This document shows positions 12,401-24,920 of a DNA stretch of 64,000 nucleotides, one piece after another. The stretch is from contig CP089276.1 in NCBI GenBank assembly GCA_023920165.1, positions 1,612,001 through 1,676,000 on the forward strand, written 5' to 3'. Positions within the stretch are counted from its first letter, which is position 1. Each line of letters begins with the position of its first letter. This DNA comes from Curvularia clavata. Its lineage: Eukaryota. The translations under genes and the position numbers were made by a program. The notes beneath the pieces were generated by a model that was not told the DNA's origin, did not search any database, and worked only from the letters and a program-made list of their open reading frames with translations.

Positions 12401-13226
12401 TGAGGTAGCCGCCTCCAACCTCGTTGGTCCTGAGGCGGACGGAGCCGCCTGAGGGACACACTGTCTCGGTAAAGCCAAAAGTCAGGTATCCGACAAAGGT
12501 GCATATGAGCATGATGATGCTGACGAGTCCGACCTTTTCTCGCCAAGCACGCTGTTGGGCTTTTTGCGGCTTTCCGAAACACTTGAGGACAGCATTGGGG
12601 CACCAAAAGGTGATGATGGCGCAGTAGACGTTCCACAGACTAGGTGGCCGCAGCTTGTCTTGCTCTTTCTGGCGCTGTCTCTGGCGGGCCTCCATGGTCT
12701 GGCTTCGTGTTAACTTTCGCTGGACGCGTGGCTCAACGTCGTCGTCGAGCGGAGCCTCTTTGTCGTTGTAGCCGCCGCCAGAAGCGTTGCGGAGGTGCGG
12801 GGGCTTGAGGTCGGTGCTGTCGGAGCTCACGGTCTCGGATTCCATATGGTCTTCGAGAATCGGGTCATTGCCCGTTGTCGATGGATGGACATCCATACGC
12901 TGCGCATGCTTGCGATAGTGGTAATTGGGGTGACTTGGATCCATCCGCTGGCGCTCCGGCCTGATCAGACTGCGCTTCCTGCCCAAGGCGGGCCCAGATG
13001 CGCTGGGCTGGCCCCGCATGACGGGGTCGCGTTCCATGGGAATTGGAGCGTCGGGAGTTGGCATTGGGCGTGAATGGGCGGTGGCATGGCTCTTGCTGTT
13101 TGTGCGGTCGTGTGAGCGCGAGCTCTCGACGTCAGAGGTTCGGCGGCGGCGGGTCTGCGAGGATCGATGTGAATGCCGTCGCTCCCGCCGGGGAGACGAG
13201 GGTTCCGGTCGCTGGGGCATGGACAT
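9487..13226 (-). CDS. Class IV chitin synthase (yeast Chs3-like), introns ~9961-10012 and ~9579-9630
   Basis: Catalytic motifs [46 protein letters not shown]-terminal motif and no myosin motor indicate class IV. Splicing gives C-terminus ...GYDQYYDN*. Confidence 0.95.
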
Positions 13227-15160
13227 GGTGTAGGTGTTAGGGCGCAGGCCCGGCAGCTGTTACACAGTACGACTGCGACTGCGAGTGCAACTGCGGGGGC
13301 GCGTATCGGCGCCTAAAAGAATAGACGCAGCGGGCCTACGAGGCTGGCCAGCTGTGTTGTTTGCGATGGTCTCTCTCGGGGTGCAGGGGTGGGCGGTGGC
13401 GGGAGGTGAGCAAAAGAGAGGCCACACAAGCAATGGGGGTCAGCGAGCGGTGGGAGCGGTGGAGCAGGCCCAGGCAGGAACGAGCGGATCGTCAAAAGCG
13501 AGGGTGTGGGCGAGAGAGGTATACAGGCAGCGAGAGACGGTCAAGCGAAGGACGAGGAGCGAAAAGCGTGCTGCCCTGGGCCGGCGGTGTTGCGAGGTCA
13601 ACAGCACCCTGGAGGATGGGGCCGTGGAGGCGGCCCCCCTGCCACCTCGCCCCCATGCGCGAATCGCACGGCGAGCCTTGGGCTATTTTCAGCCCTGTTC
13701 CCCCAGCTACTACTCCTGTTTGTTGATGGCCCCGTCTCCCCTGCCCAGCGCCGTAAGGGCGTGCACTGAGCCGTCGCGAGACGGCGTCCAAAGACTGCCC
13801 CCCAGGCCGCCCGCCACAGGCCGTCCGTGCCCCTGCAGGAGTCGAGCAAAAAAGTCTTCCTACATTGGGCGTTGGATGCTGCTCGACCAGGCGACCATTG
13901 TCACGACCGGCTGGTGCAATGCCATCGTATTCCTTGTACACACGGAGACGGAGGACATGGCCGGCGAGACCACGTGCCGGCCACGGGATTGGCTCTTTGG
14001 GCCGAGCCGGCGCCTGACCAATGGCGCTTCGCCTCGTCTATTGACCCGCCTCAATTAACAACTCGTACTCGTCAACTATTCTGTACACTTGGTGCACGCA
14101 TCGGGGCTCTTTGCATCGATGATGCCATTTTAGGTGCTGACAGCAAACCCACATCCGTCCACTCTCCGCAGTATTGGTATCCACGCCGACAACACGGCCG
14201 TGGCGTTCACTACGCGCTCAGGCGCTCAATATGGCTGCAGATTGCTCAGCACTCGATGGGTGCTTAAGGGGGTCCTGAGTGGAGGGGCTTGCCCTACTCG
14301 TCAACCTTCAGCTGTCGTTTTGGTGACACACGATTCACACCATATCCCCTCACTGCACAGGCCTGTATGGACTGGACCTGCAGAGCGCCACCTCTGCTGA
14401 TGGGCGTCCATGCACCAAACTGAATCCTCCCCTGCTGCAGACCTCAGCTTTCTCCGCGTCTGCTCAACGCGCATGGCCGAGTCTAGTCTTTGCCCCTATA
14501 GCACTCTCGGGTTTCAAGGTCACACACCACCCTCGCTTGCTGAGCAAGCCGTGCCCTGCCGCCTGGCCTGCTCGTCCGTAAGTGCCGGCCCAAGCAAGCT
14601 CCTTCACGACGTGGGGCTTCTTTAAGACATCAATTGCCACCTCGTGCTGCAGTCCTGTGATTTTTTTTTCTTTCCTCTCTGCAAAAAAGTCAGACCTCGC
14701 CTGCCGAAACACGCTTCCACGCTCTCCTCTCTCCCAGGACCGTGTTCAGGGTCCGAGGCTGTCAAGAAGCGTGAAATAACTGGACCCTGGAAATTCCGCT
14801 TGCGTGTCCACGGGTGAGTCTAACCGCCCCCCGGGCCCGTCCTGAGGATCCTCTTCTTGCCCCAGGGTTCTACGGTTGTGCACCCTATGCAGGCGCATAG
14901 GGCCTGCGAATCCCTTGTTTAACTGCTACACCGCATGCCAGGCACTGACAGACACTTGCAGCACAGCCGGACCACCTGCCACCCACGGTTTCCTGCTGCC
15001 TGTGCCTGTGCCGACTGCCTGATCGCCAATCCCTCAAAGACCCGCTTAAGGAAACCACTTTAGAGCCCCGCCGCTACACCGAGTCAGTGCCTCGAGGTGG
15101 CCATAACACTATCTCCAGACATCTGACGAAGGGGGGGCAAATCTGAGCAATTTCGAGGCC

Positions 15161-17270
15161 ATGTCCGCACCCGCTTCATCTCCGCCCTCGAGACCTCTGC
15201 CATCTCTTCCGCTCCATGAGGAGCCCTACACCGCTCAACATCCCAGTGTGAACCAACCACCCACTAGTCTCCCCTACCGCAAACCCGTTCCCCAAAATAC
15301 TACCCAAAGCCCTTCTCTCCCTTCTTTCAACTTTGACCACCGCCATGAGCCAGTGACCGAGGGGCGCGATTCAAGAGAGTCTGGTTCTTCCTTGACCCAA
15401 AGCTCTAGCGGCCATTCTAGAACATCGTCCAGAGAAACACCAGAAACACCCGGCAACAGGTATTCGGCCGACGCTATTCCACCCGCACAGAGCATCCCTT
15501 ACAGGCCGCAGCATATGAGCAACAGCGCCTACGCTGCTCGTTTTTCTCACATTGCCGAAATGGACGTTGCAAACACCCAGGAAGAGCTGGAAAATGCATA
15601 CACCACCACGGATCAATACCAGCCCGGCCAGTACCCTCAGCACCCCACCCCGCCTCCACGGGCGCATTCCCCTCGCGAAGCCACCCAGTCGCCGGCTTCT
15701 GGTTCGCAGCGTTCCTCCAATGATCACAGTATTCGCCATGGCCGTGTACGCAGTTATGGCCAAGAGGGGCCATTACAGGTTCCGCGCTCCACAGTTCCCA
15801 GGCCCAGTTCTGCCTATACTCTAGGTTCCGAACTCAACGTACGGGGCCGTACAGACTCACCCCGACTGTCCGTCGCCGGCATGTCGCCCAATGGATCCCC
15901 CAATCCGTACGCCCGCCAAGTTTCCTCTTCTCGCCGCTCACCAGATGTCCGACCGGAATCTTCCTACATTGACTTGACCAATCTCCCATATAACCAACAG
16001 ATTGCACCTGTAGCCAACTTTGGCAACTCAGGACTTCGAGGTGCTGTAGGACAGAATGCATCTCTGCTCGATGAGAAGAAGACGCTGGAGATGTACCGAG
16101 CCAACGTCAAGAAAACCCAAGACAGTTCGGTTCAGTACGAGTTTGCTCTGTTCATGATCCAAGTTGCCCGCGAGGTCATGGCGAACGAAGGCATGAGCAA
16201 CGACCACGGTATGTCTTCTGCAGATTTGTTGAAGGAAGCACGCCAGATTCTCCAAAAACTGGCCGACCGCAGCTATCCATTTGCACAGTACTATCTCGCA
16301 GATGGATATGCCTCTGGTCTGTTCAATAAAGACAAGCCTGACCACGATCGGGCCTTTCCATTGTTTGTTGCTGCCAGTAAGCACGGCCATGCCGAGTCAG
16401 GATTTCGTGCTGCCCTTTGCTACGAGTTTGGCTGGGGTTGTCGTAAAGATTACGCAAAAGCTGTCCAGTTCTACCGTGCTGCAGCATCCAAAAACCATCC
16501 TGGAGCTGCTACCCGCTTGGGAAAAGCCTGCCTGACTGGTGATATGGGTCTTCAGAACAAGTACCGAGAAGGTGTCAAGTGGCTCAAGCGAGCCTCCGAA
16601 TCAGCTGACTTCCAGTACAACGTCGCACCCTACGAGCTGGGTCTGTTGCACGAGACGGGCTACGGCGACGACATCTTCAAGGACGAGGTGTACGCGGTGC
16701 AGCTTTTCACGCAAGCAGCAGAGCTGGGCCACCCGCTGGCCGCTTTGAAGCTTGGAGAAGCTTACGAACACGGCTTGTTGAGATGTCCCAAAGATGCTGC
16801 ACTCTCTGTCCATTACTACAACTGCGCTGCTCAGGCCGATATTCCTGAGGCCATGATGAACCTTTGCGCTTGGTATATGGTTGGTGCTGAGCCAGTCCTG
16901 GAGAAGGACGAGAACGAGGCCTACGAATGGGCTAAGAAGGCCGCTGAGCATGGTAAGTGCAACTGACTGCTCCACATGTAGCTTCCGACTAATAAATACA
17001 GGTCTTCCCAAGGCCGAGTATGCATGTGGATACTTTACGGAAATGGGCATTGGCTGTCGGAGAGACCCTCTGGAAGCTAACGTGTGGTACGTCAAGGCTG
17101 CAGACTCCGGGGACGAAAGAGCAAAGCAACGCCTTGCCATCATTCAAGCTGCAGCATCGGGACAACCAACTCCTCTCTCGCCAACAAACAATCTCGAAAA
17201 GAACAACAAACTGCGAAAAGACAAAGGCGGAAAAGACAAGGACAAGGACGAAAACTGTATTGTAATGTGA
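15161..17270 (+). CDS. Chitin synthase activator (Chs4/Skt5-like, Sel1 repeats, C-terminal CAAX), intron ~16953-17001
   Basis: Sel1 repeats (AQYYLADGY, AALCYEFGWGC, AMMNLCAWYMVGAEP, AEYACGYFTEMGIG), LEMYRANVKK motif and prenylation box CIVM*. Confidence 0.92.
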
Positions 17271-18215
17271 AGCATCCGAGTGCTTCATGATGCATCTGTG
17301 GCCCGCTTTCCTATACCCGGGTTGCATACTTTTTTTTTTATTTTCTTTCTTTCCATTGCATGCATTGGAGTGTTTCGCTATGATCAAGATACGCTTAAAT
17401 GTTTTAATAGGGGGCCGCGGATCTATGGTGTTTGGTGCATGGCCTACTGCATTTGGATCTGAGAGTCAAAAATACCCTACCAGTCTTGGCGGGAACCGGT
17501 TCAGTTTTGTTTCGCAAATGCATTCTAGGAGTACCTGCATGTTCAAGAGATATTCAAGACAGAAATAGAAAGGCTATTGACTCTTCACCGCGGGTGCTAC
17601 CGGCTTTGTTTGCCATGTGGTGTCGCATCTCGTGACGGTGTGCTAAAACCGCCGATTGGCCAATGGCTTCTATCGTCTTACGTAGTGTTGAACCACAACA
17701 TCATCACCAGCCGTTTTCTGGTCTGCATGCCATGACACTGTCAAGCATCTTCGTTCCCGTGGTACGCAACAGAGACCTCCTGTCTCTCAGTGATCGCCTC
17801 CAGCATTTCTAGGACGGGAAGACCAACGCCCAGGTAAAGGGCGTGCAGCAAATATGTATGATAAGACTGATAGTCTGCTTAGCGCACGCCTTTTGTGGAG
17901 TCGCTTGGTGTCGCTCTCCCCAGCCCGTGGCTAGCCGCTACCAAAACCATAGGTAGTCATGCAATGAGCGGCTCCATGTCTCCACAGGCACGCGTCGGAT
18001 TACATGTAGGGCGCAACATGACCGGCTAGTACTTGACCCCGACCGGATGTTTTTAACGCTCCATGGTCCCATGATATTTAAACCACACTTTTACATTTTC
18101 TCGCCCTGATACACGAAAAACCACTGGGGAGTAAACCGAGCCAGGATATACACGATAAGATCATTACGACCTACGGCTGAAACACTGGAACCTAAAACCC
18201 AAAGCATCGTACACA

Positions 18216-19902
18216 ATGTCGCCATCTGCAGTAGAGGTATCCGCCACCTCGGACACATCCGGAGTCACAATTCCCAATCCTCTAAGTGCGCCCATACACA
18301 GCAATGAAATGCCTGCAAGGAGAAAGAAGACCAGTGCAGCACAATGGGGCGTAGCAGCACCTTCTGACACAGCAAACTTCCGGCTGAAGTCTCACGATCA
18401 TAAGCCAAAAGCTAAATCATGGCGTTGTATGTTTTGAAAACCGATGACGTTCTATAGACACGGTGGCTGACTTGACGCCAGACCTCATGACTAGCGAGGC
18501 CATCACCCGCAAAGGCAACTCTCTGAAGGAGGCAGCAAAGTTTCTCAGTACTCCAGGCATTATCTCGCTCGGGGGTGGTCTGCCATCCAGCGAGTACTTT
18601 CCGTTTGAAGAGCTTTCGATCAAGGTGCCCAAGGTTGGACACTTCTCCGAGGCAGAAACCAGGGAGTCAGGGGTGATTGTAACTGCCGGAAAACATGATC
18701 TCGCCGAGAACAAGTCCATTTTTGATATTGCTACTGCATTCAACTATGGTCAAGGCTCAGGCTCAGCACAATTGCTGCGGTTCATGACCGAGCACACGGA
18801 ACTTGTGCATGATCCGCCTTATGAAGACTGGAGATGCACAATGACGGTTGGAAGCACATCTGCCACCGACATGGTGCTCCGAATGCTTGCAAGGCCCGGA
18901 GACATGGTTCTTTCTGAGGAGTACACATTTTCCGCCTTTGTGGAAACTGCCAGGCCAATGGGTGTCCGTGTGTGTGGTGTGCCGGTCGACAGCGAAGGCC
19001 TCATACCCGCAGAGATGGACAAAATACTCTCAAACTGGGATCCTGCCGCCCGAGGAGCTCGCAAGCCACATCTCCTCTACACAGTGCCCACCGGACAGAA
19101 TCCAACTGGAGCAACATCGAGCGCCGAGCGACGCCGAGAACTCTACAAAGTCTGTCAGAAACACGACATTCACATCATCGAGGACGAGCCATACTACTTC
19201 CTCCAAATGCAACCTTACACAGGCCCCAATGCGCCCGATGTCCCACCGCCCTCTTCCCATGCCGAATTCATCAAATCCCTCGTTCCCAGCTACCTCTCCA
19301 TGGACACGGACGGCCGTGTCATCCGGATGGACTCCTTTTCCAAAGTGATCGCTCCCGGGTCCCGAATCGGCTGGATCACGGCGCCCGCCGAAGTCATCGA
19401 GCGCTATTCCAAGCACGCCGACGTCTCGACGCAGAACCCGGCTGGCATGTCTCAACTCATTTTATTCAAGCTGCTCGACGAGCACTGGGGCCACGCCGGC
19501 TACCTTGACTGGCTCATCCACATTCGCATGCAATACACGCAGCGCCGCGACATCATCCTCGCCGCATGCGCAAAGTACCTTCCTCAACAAGTCATGTCGT
19601 GGAAACCCCCAATGGCTGGCATGTTCCATTGGATGCAAGTGGATTTCCGGCAGCATCCTGCCTACCCGGAGAAGAGCATCGAGAGCATCGAGGAAAGTAT
19701 CTTTATGCGCGTTATTGACCATGGCGCGTTGGTGATGCGGGGCAGCTGGTTCTACGCGGATGCCGAGGAAGAGCATAACACGCTGTTTTTTAGGGCAACG
19801 TATGCGGCTGCACCGGGGGAGAAGATTGAAGAGGGTATTAGGAGATTGGGGGAGGCAGTGAGAGAGGAGTTTGGACTGGGAGAGTATGCCAAGGAGGGTT
19901 GA
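18216..19902 (+). CDS. ARO8: Aromatic amino acid / 2-aminoadipate aminotransferase (PLP class I), intron ~18427-18481
   Basis: ISLGGGLP, YTVPTGQNPTG, IIEDEPYYFLQM, DSFSKVIAPGSRIGW (PLP lysine). Confidence 0.88.
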
Positions 19903-20277
19903 GGGTGAAGTTTTGGTGGCGTGTTGTTGCGCACTGGTCGCAATAGAGAGAAATACAAGTGAGAGTCCTTGAATGTGCACAATAAAGCCTTCTTGAGAAT
20001 ATTCTGTACAAACGTTGGATAGTCTGTAGAAACGTCGAATCAATGTTTTCCTTTGTTTTCCATTTTGCCGTTGATACTCTTACACATATCTGTAATCCGG
20101 TGTACATGAAGCCTTCTTATGTCTGCACCCATGCTTCATTCAGGCAATCAATCCTAACGCCCTCTCGTCCAAAGCTGTGTTCATCCCGCATTCCTAATCC
20201 ACTCCTCCAAACGTCCCATATCTCCTATCTTCCTTCCCGCTCCTTTTCAGTACATCTGCCAAACCTTCCCACTTCTC

Positions 20278-20790
20278 TTAATTGATAAAGTTGACGCAGA
20301 AAAAATGAAGCAGCAAGCTCCCAAAAACGAAGTCTGCAAACGCCCGCTCATGTGAAATGTTCTCAAAATGCGCCTTGTTCTCTTGGTTGGTTTGTATGCG
20401 AAGTGAGGCTGTGAGCACGAATTGGCCGACGGTAGCACTGAAGCCAGAGAGGAAGGCGTTAAAAGGCTATTGCATTAAATCAATTAGCATACTTTGTTTC
20501 CATCTGTATGTTTGGAAGAAAGGAGAATGGATGAAAGGGCGGTGGTGTGAGTATAGATATCGGTGCAGACGTACAAAGTTACCAACCAGCACCACATACG
20601 CGAATTGCAGTGCGCCGACGACAACGAGGAAAGCTAGAAAGACATCCAGGAGCTTTGTTCGCTGGGGTGTCTTGGAAACGTATTTGGACCAGATGTCTTG
20701 GGTGATTGCGGCCGCGCTGGTGTTGTTGGAGGGTTTGCTGGCGCGCGAGGGTGCGGGTGAGGCGGACGCGGTGCGTTGTTTTGGTGCCAT
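20278..20790 (-). CDS. OST2: Oligosaccharyltransferase subunit Ost2/DAD1, one intron
   Basis: Exon 1 TPQRTKLLDVFLAFLVVVGALQFAYVVLVGNF; exon 2 PFNAFLSGFSATVGQFVLTASLRIQ...ERAFADFVFGSLLLHFFCVNFIN*. Confidence 0.95.
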
Positions 20791-21115
20791 GACTATGATT
20801 TTGCTTATTTCCAGATGGGAAGGAGAGGTTTGTCGGGAAATCGAAGGGGTGGGTTGGGCAATTGAGTGTGTGCGGTCGTGGTGAGCTTGAGGCCAGATGT
20901 TACGTGGTTGGCCCGAGCTGAGGGCGCGGGAGGATTACGACGAGGGAAGCTTCGGTGTTCGGATGTCCGCTTTCCCCCGCAAAACAGTTCGCATCATTTA
21001 CGTGAGCAACATAGCTTACGCTTGGATTTTTTTTATATCTTCCATCTGCTGAGAAGACTTTGCTGTTTCTTTTCATCTCGAATATCTACGTCGGATTTGT
21101 TTATACGAAGCAATT

Positions 21116-21583
21116 ATGGTAAGTAGATGTTTCCGCGACTGGTTCGGCGCTATACACGAGTCAGGACTTAGTAGAGAGAACACACGCTGATGAAGATGTA
21201 GAGCTCCATCGGAAACATTGCTCTTATCCTCGGTGCCCTCACCGCTGGAGGCGGTATCACCGGATACGTGAGAACTGGATCTGTGCCTTCAATCGCGGCT
21301 GGTTGCACCGTCGGCTTACTGGTACGTTCTCCTGCTTGTACTATGACCTCACTCTTCCAAGCACCCGTCTAAACATTCGTAACAGTACATGCTCGGCGGC
21401 TACCGTGTCAACAACCGTGCTCCTTATGGTGTCGAGCTGGCTCTTCTTGCCTCTGTCATCTTGGCGGGTTCTTCCATTCCACGCGCCATTAAGTCTGGAA
21501 AGCCGCTGCCTATTGGACTGAGTATTCTGGCAACTTTTGGTCTTTGGACGTTTGGCAATGCGTTTATGAACAAGCGCGCTTAG
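21116..21583 (+). CDS. TMEM14 (UPF0136) small membrane protein, two introns; first coding exon is only ATG
   Basis: ATG|GTAAGT at 21116; spliced MSSIGNIALILGALTAGGGITGYVRTGSVPSIAAG...YGVELALLASVILAGSSIPRAIKSGKPLP. Confidence 0.85.
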
Positions 21584-22469
21584 GAGGGTAATATTTGGTT
21601 GAAAACGGCAAGAAACTAGAGACTTTCGAATGGATCTTTTTTATTCCAGATGCGATCTGTGTCGGTTGTTCAGCAAGTGAGATGAGGCTTGTAATGCCTC
21701 GGCAACGTTTACCTCTGTTACAGTATACTGACATTCAGGTATCAGGCGCTCCATGTGAGCTGGAGTTTCAAGTTTATGAAGACGCTGCAAAGACATTGAC
21801 ATCCTGATAGGTTCCCCACAACCCGTGTATACCAGGGATCTCCGGCTTATATGGAAGAATGCAACCTCCACCACATAAACGTCCAACTACCACCGAGGAA
21901 CGCCCCCACCTATTCATCCTGGCACTGTCTCGCGTGCCAACTGCCGTCTTCATCTATGTCCTTGGAAAGCTTGGCATAACTCAGAGGCACCACATGGGCG
22001 AACATCCACCATCGCAAGTATAGCTCCGATCAAGCTAAGGACTTAAATCATCAAAATTGATGGCTCTTGGCTTGCACTATGCCACTGTGCCACTTTCAAA
22101 GGCCAACAGCCACCAATGAAGCCATCTTCCTATCACCACACTTAGGCTGAAACCTATCCATACTGCTCAAAGGCCCCATCTTAGAGAGCCTTGTCAGGCT
22201 AGCTTGCCATGATAGCAGTCCCGGGAGCAAAGCTTGATTGGTTGAAGTAATTTACCATGATCCTTCAACATATTCATCCACTGTATACATGAAGAATGAT
22301 AGGAAACTGCAGATGAAAAACGTAGAAGGCCGGTTTGGTGTAGCTCGTGGCCTCCTGTTTGCCAGCTCGATCACTTAAATAAGCTATATAAACAGTTGGT
22401 AGAGGCCTGGTTAGCACCAGCCATTGGCCCTCAGTAACGCACCGAATATTTGCGGAAAATTCATTCAGC

Positions 22470-24587
22470 ATGCGATACGCTCACACTTTCACAGGTATTG
22501 CAGCACTGGTTGGGTGCAGTAAGTAGAATGGGCTCCAAACGTTGAGTTTTGTTGACGTCGAGACAGCCCTTGCTCAAGGTGAGGCTCAGTCTACAGTTGT
22601 CTACGATGCGGAAACGAAAATCAGCTATTCTTCGTACACGGAACCACAGACAGGAATGACTTTTGGTGTTGCTCTCCCAAAAAATGTGAAAGATCCATAC
22701 GATGCAATTGTCAGGATTACAGCTCCCGTCGCCAGCAAGTGGGTGGGCTTCTCATGGGGAGGGAACATGGTTTGGAATCCACTGAGCGTCGCCTGGCCAA
22801 ACGGACGTTCTGGAGTGGTATCTGCGCGGTTCGCGTTGTAAGTCTTCAGTTAAGTCATAGGCCACGATAATGTTCGCTGATATAGGGCAGTGGTATTGGT
22901 CTTCCCCTTGGATACGATGGAGCTGAGCACACATATCTTAAAGGGACCAAGACAAACGCTACGCACTGGACAGTCAATGCTCTCTGTAAAGGATGTACTG
23001 GGTGGCAAAACAGCGAAGACGCACGCTATTCTCTCAACGGAACCGGAGTGACAGAGTTTGCCTGGGCCTACGGTGTTTCTGCAGTTGAAGATCCAGTCCG
23101 CAACGACTCAGCCTTCAATGTGCACCAAGCCTGGGGGAAATGGATTCACAATCTCGACGCTGCGCGTATCGATAATTTTGAGTCTCTAGTCCAGGCCAAC
23201 TTGTTGACAGCACCAACAGCCAGTCCATCCACTGACTCGACTACAGTCTTAACAAGTATCGTGCAGTCCACGTCTGCAACCGCAAGGCCAACCGCTGCTG
23301 CCATCCCCACTTCTTGCCCTAGTGCTGGGAGCCCTGCGTTTCAGGGTAATCTAGCAGCAGGATGGAGGGCGACCAAGATTGCTGGAGGAATGACTAGTCC
23401 ACGAAGCATCCAGTTCGACAATGCAGGCAACATGCTTGTCGTACAGTCCGGAAAGGGTATATCGTACCACAAAATGGGAGCAGATGGCTGTGTCACATCG
23501 ACAAAGATGTTGATATCGCAGAACAATCTCAACCACGGGATAGCATTGAGCCACGATGGCAAAACACTTTATGCCAGTTCCATGACTCAAGTCTACGCTT
23601 GGCCATACGACGCCGCTGCCGGTACCCTCGGAACCCGGACGACTGTCATCACGGGCATGTATAACGGTGGCTCGCATCTTACGCGAACTCTGGCTATTGC
23701 ACCCCAGAACTCAACCCTGTTGATAGTATCACATGGATCCAACGCGAATATCGACCAAGCTACATCGGACCCAAAGACAGGGCGTGCCATCATTAAGGTC
23801 TTTAATCTGGCGAGTGTCCCCAATGGGGGATATAATTACGCCACTGCTGGTTACAACGCTGGTTACGGGCAGCGCAACGAGGTCGGCATCTGCTTCGACA
23901 GCAGCAACATGTGCGTGTTTGCCTAGAAAATACACTCTGTAATTTGATCACTGACCAAGAAACAGGCTATGGGGCGTAGAAAATAGTGCCGACCAGCTCA
24001 CTCGCAACGGAAAGGACGTCCACAATGACAATCCGGGCGAAAAAATACACTACATGGGCGATGTGACTAAGCCCAACAACGCCTGGTACGGCTATCCATC
24101 GTGCTTCACTGTCTGGAAGTCCAGCGACTTCACCGACAAAACATTCAAAGTCGGCGACTGGTTCACACAAACCCCCACTAGCACCATGAACGATGATACC
24201 TGCAAGCAAAACGCTACTCCACCCAAGTTAACCTTGCAACCGCACTCCGCACCCATCGACTGCAAGTTCGACGCCACCAGCTCCGCAATGTACATTACAT
24301 ACCATGGCAGCTGGAATCGGCAGCCTGTTACAGGGTTCAAGCTTGTGGCTGTAAAGTTCACGCGCGGCGCTGATGGGAATTACGTACCCGTGGAGCCGCT
24401 AAATAGCACGACTGCGGCACAGGACGTTTTTTACAACCCAGCGGTGGAGAAGTGTCAGGGGAATGGACCTGGATATAGTTCTGGGTGCTTTAGGCCGGCG
24501 GGGTTGGCGTGGGATGCGGTGGGGAGACTGTATATGACGTCGGATACGTCGAGTAATGGAGAAATCTGGGTATTGGGACAATCGTAG
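22470..24587 (+). CDS. Secreted AA8 cytochrome b domain + AA12 PQQ-dependent sugar dehydrogenase, three introns
   Basis: Signal peptide (MRYAHTFTGIAALVGCTLA); CDH-type cytochrome motifs WVGFSWGGNM, LCKGCTGW, FNVH; Ser/Thr linker; AA12 motifs PRSIQFD, LNHGIALS, HLTRTL, RNEVG, WGVENSAD, DNPGE, HSAP, HGSWNR. Confidence 0.85.
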
Positions 24588-24920
24588 GGTAGGGATAGGG
24601 ATGTAGGTTTCGGATAATGTAGAGGGGACGTGAAGGGTTGTCTTTGTAGGTCTAGGCTGGTTTGTGTACATTTATGTCGTTCCAAATATCATGGTTTCAT
24701 TACTCGACTACATATGTATGTACTCGTGTTCGTGGTTTTGTCCTCGGAAATGATAAAGACTTTCAACGAGAGAACTTCAAAAACACCCTTTCAATGGGTT
24801 TCATTGTTTGTCAAACCTAAAAGGATGTTCTGGGGGATTCCATACCATCGTGGGCGTACTTCATCCACACCCGCTGCTCCTGGTCTCAAAGACTATACCC
24901 ATCATAGGCTACAACAACGA

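Noticed and set aside
13234..14058. 274-aa plus-strand ORF and overlapping ORFs between the chitin genes
   Set aside because: GC-rich promoter/5' UTR sequence, non-ATG start, Arg-rich composition, no domain.
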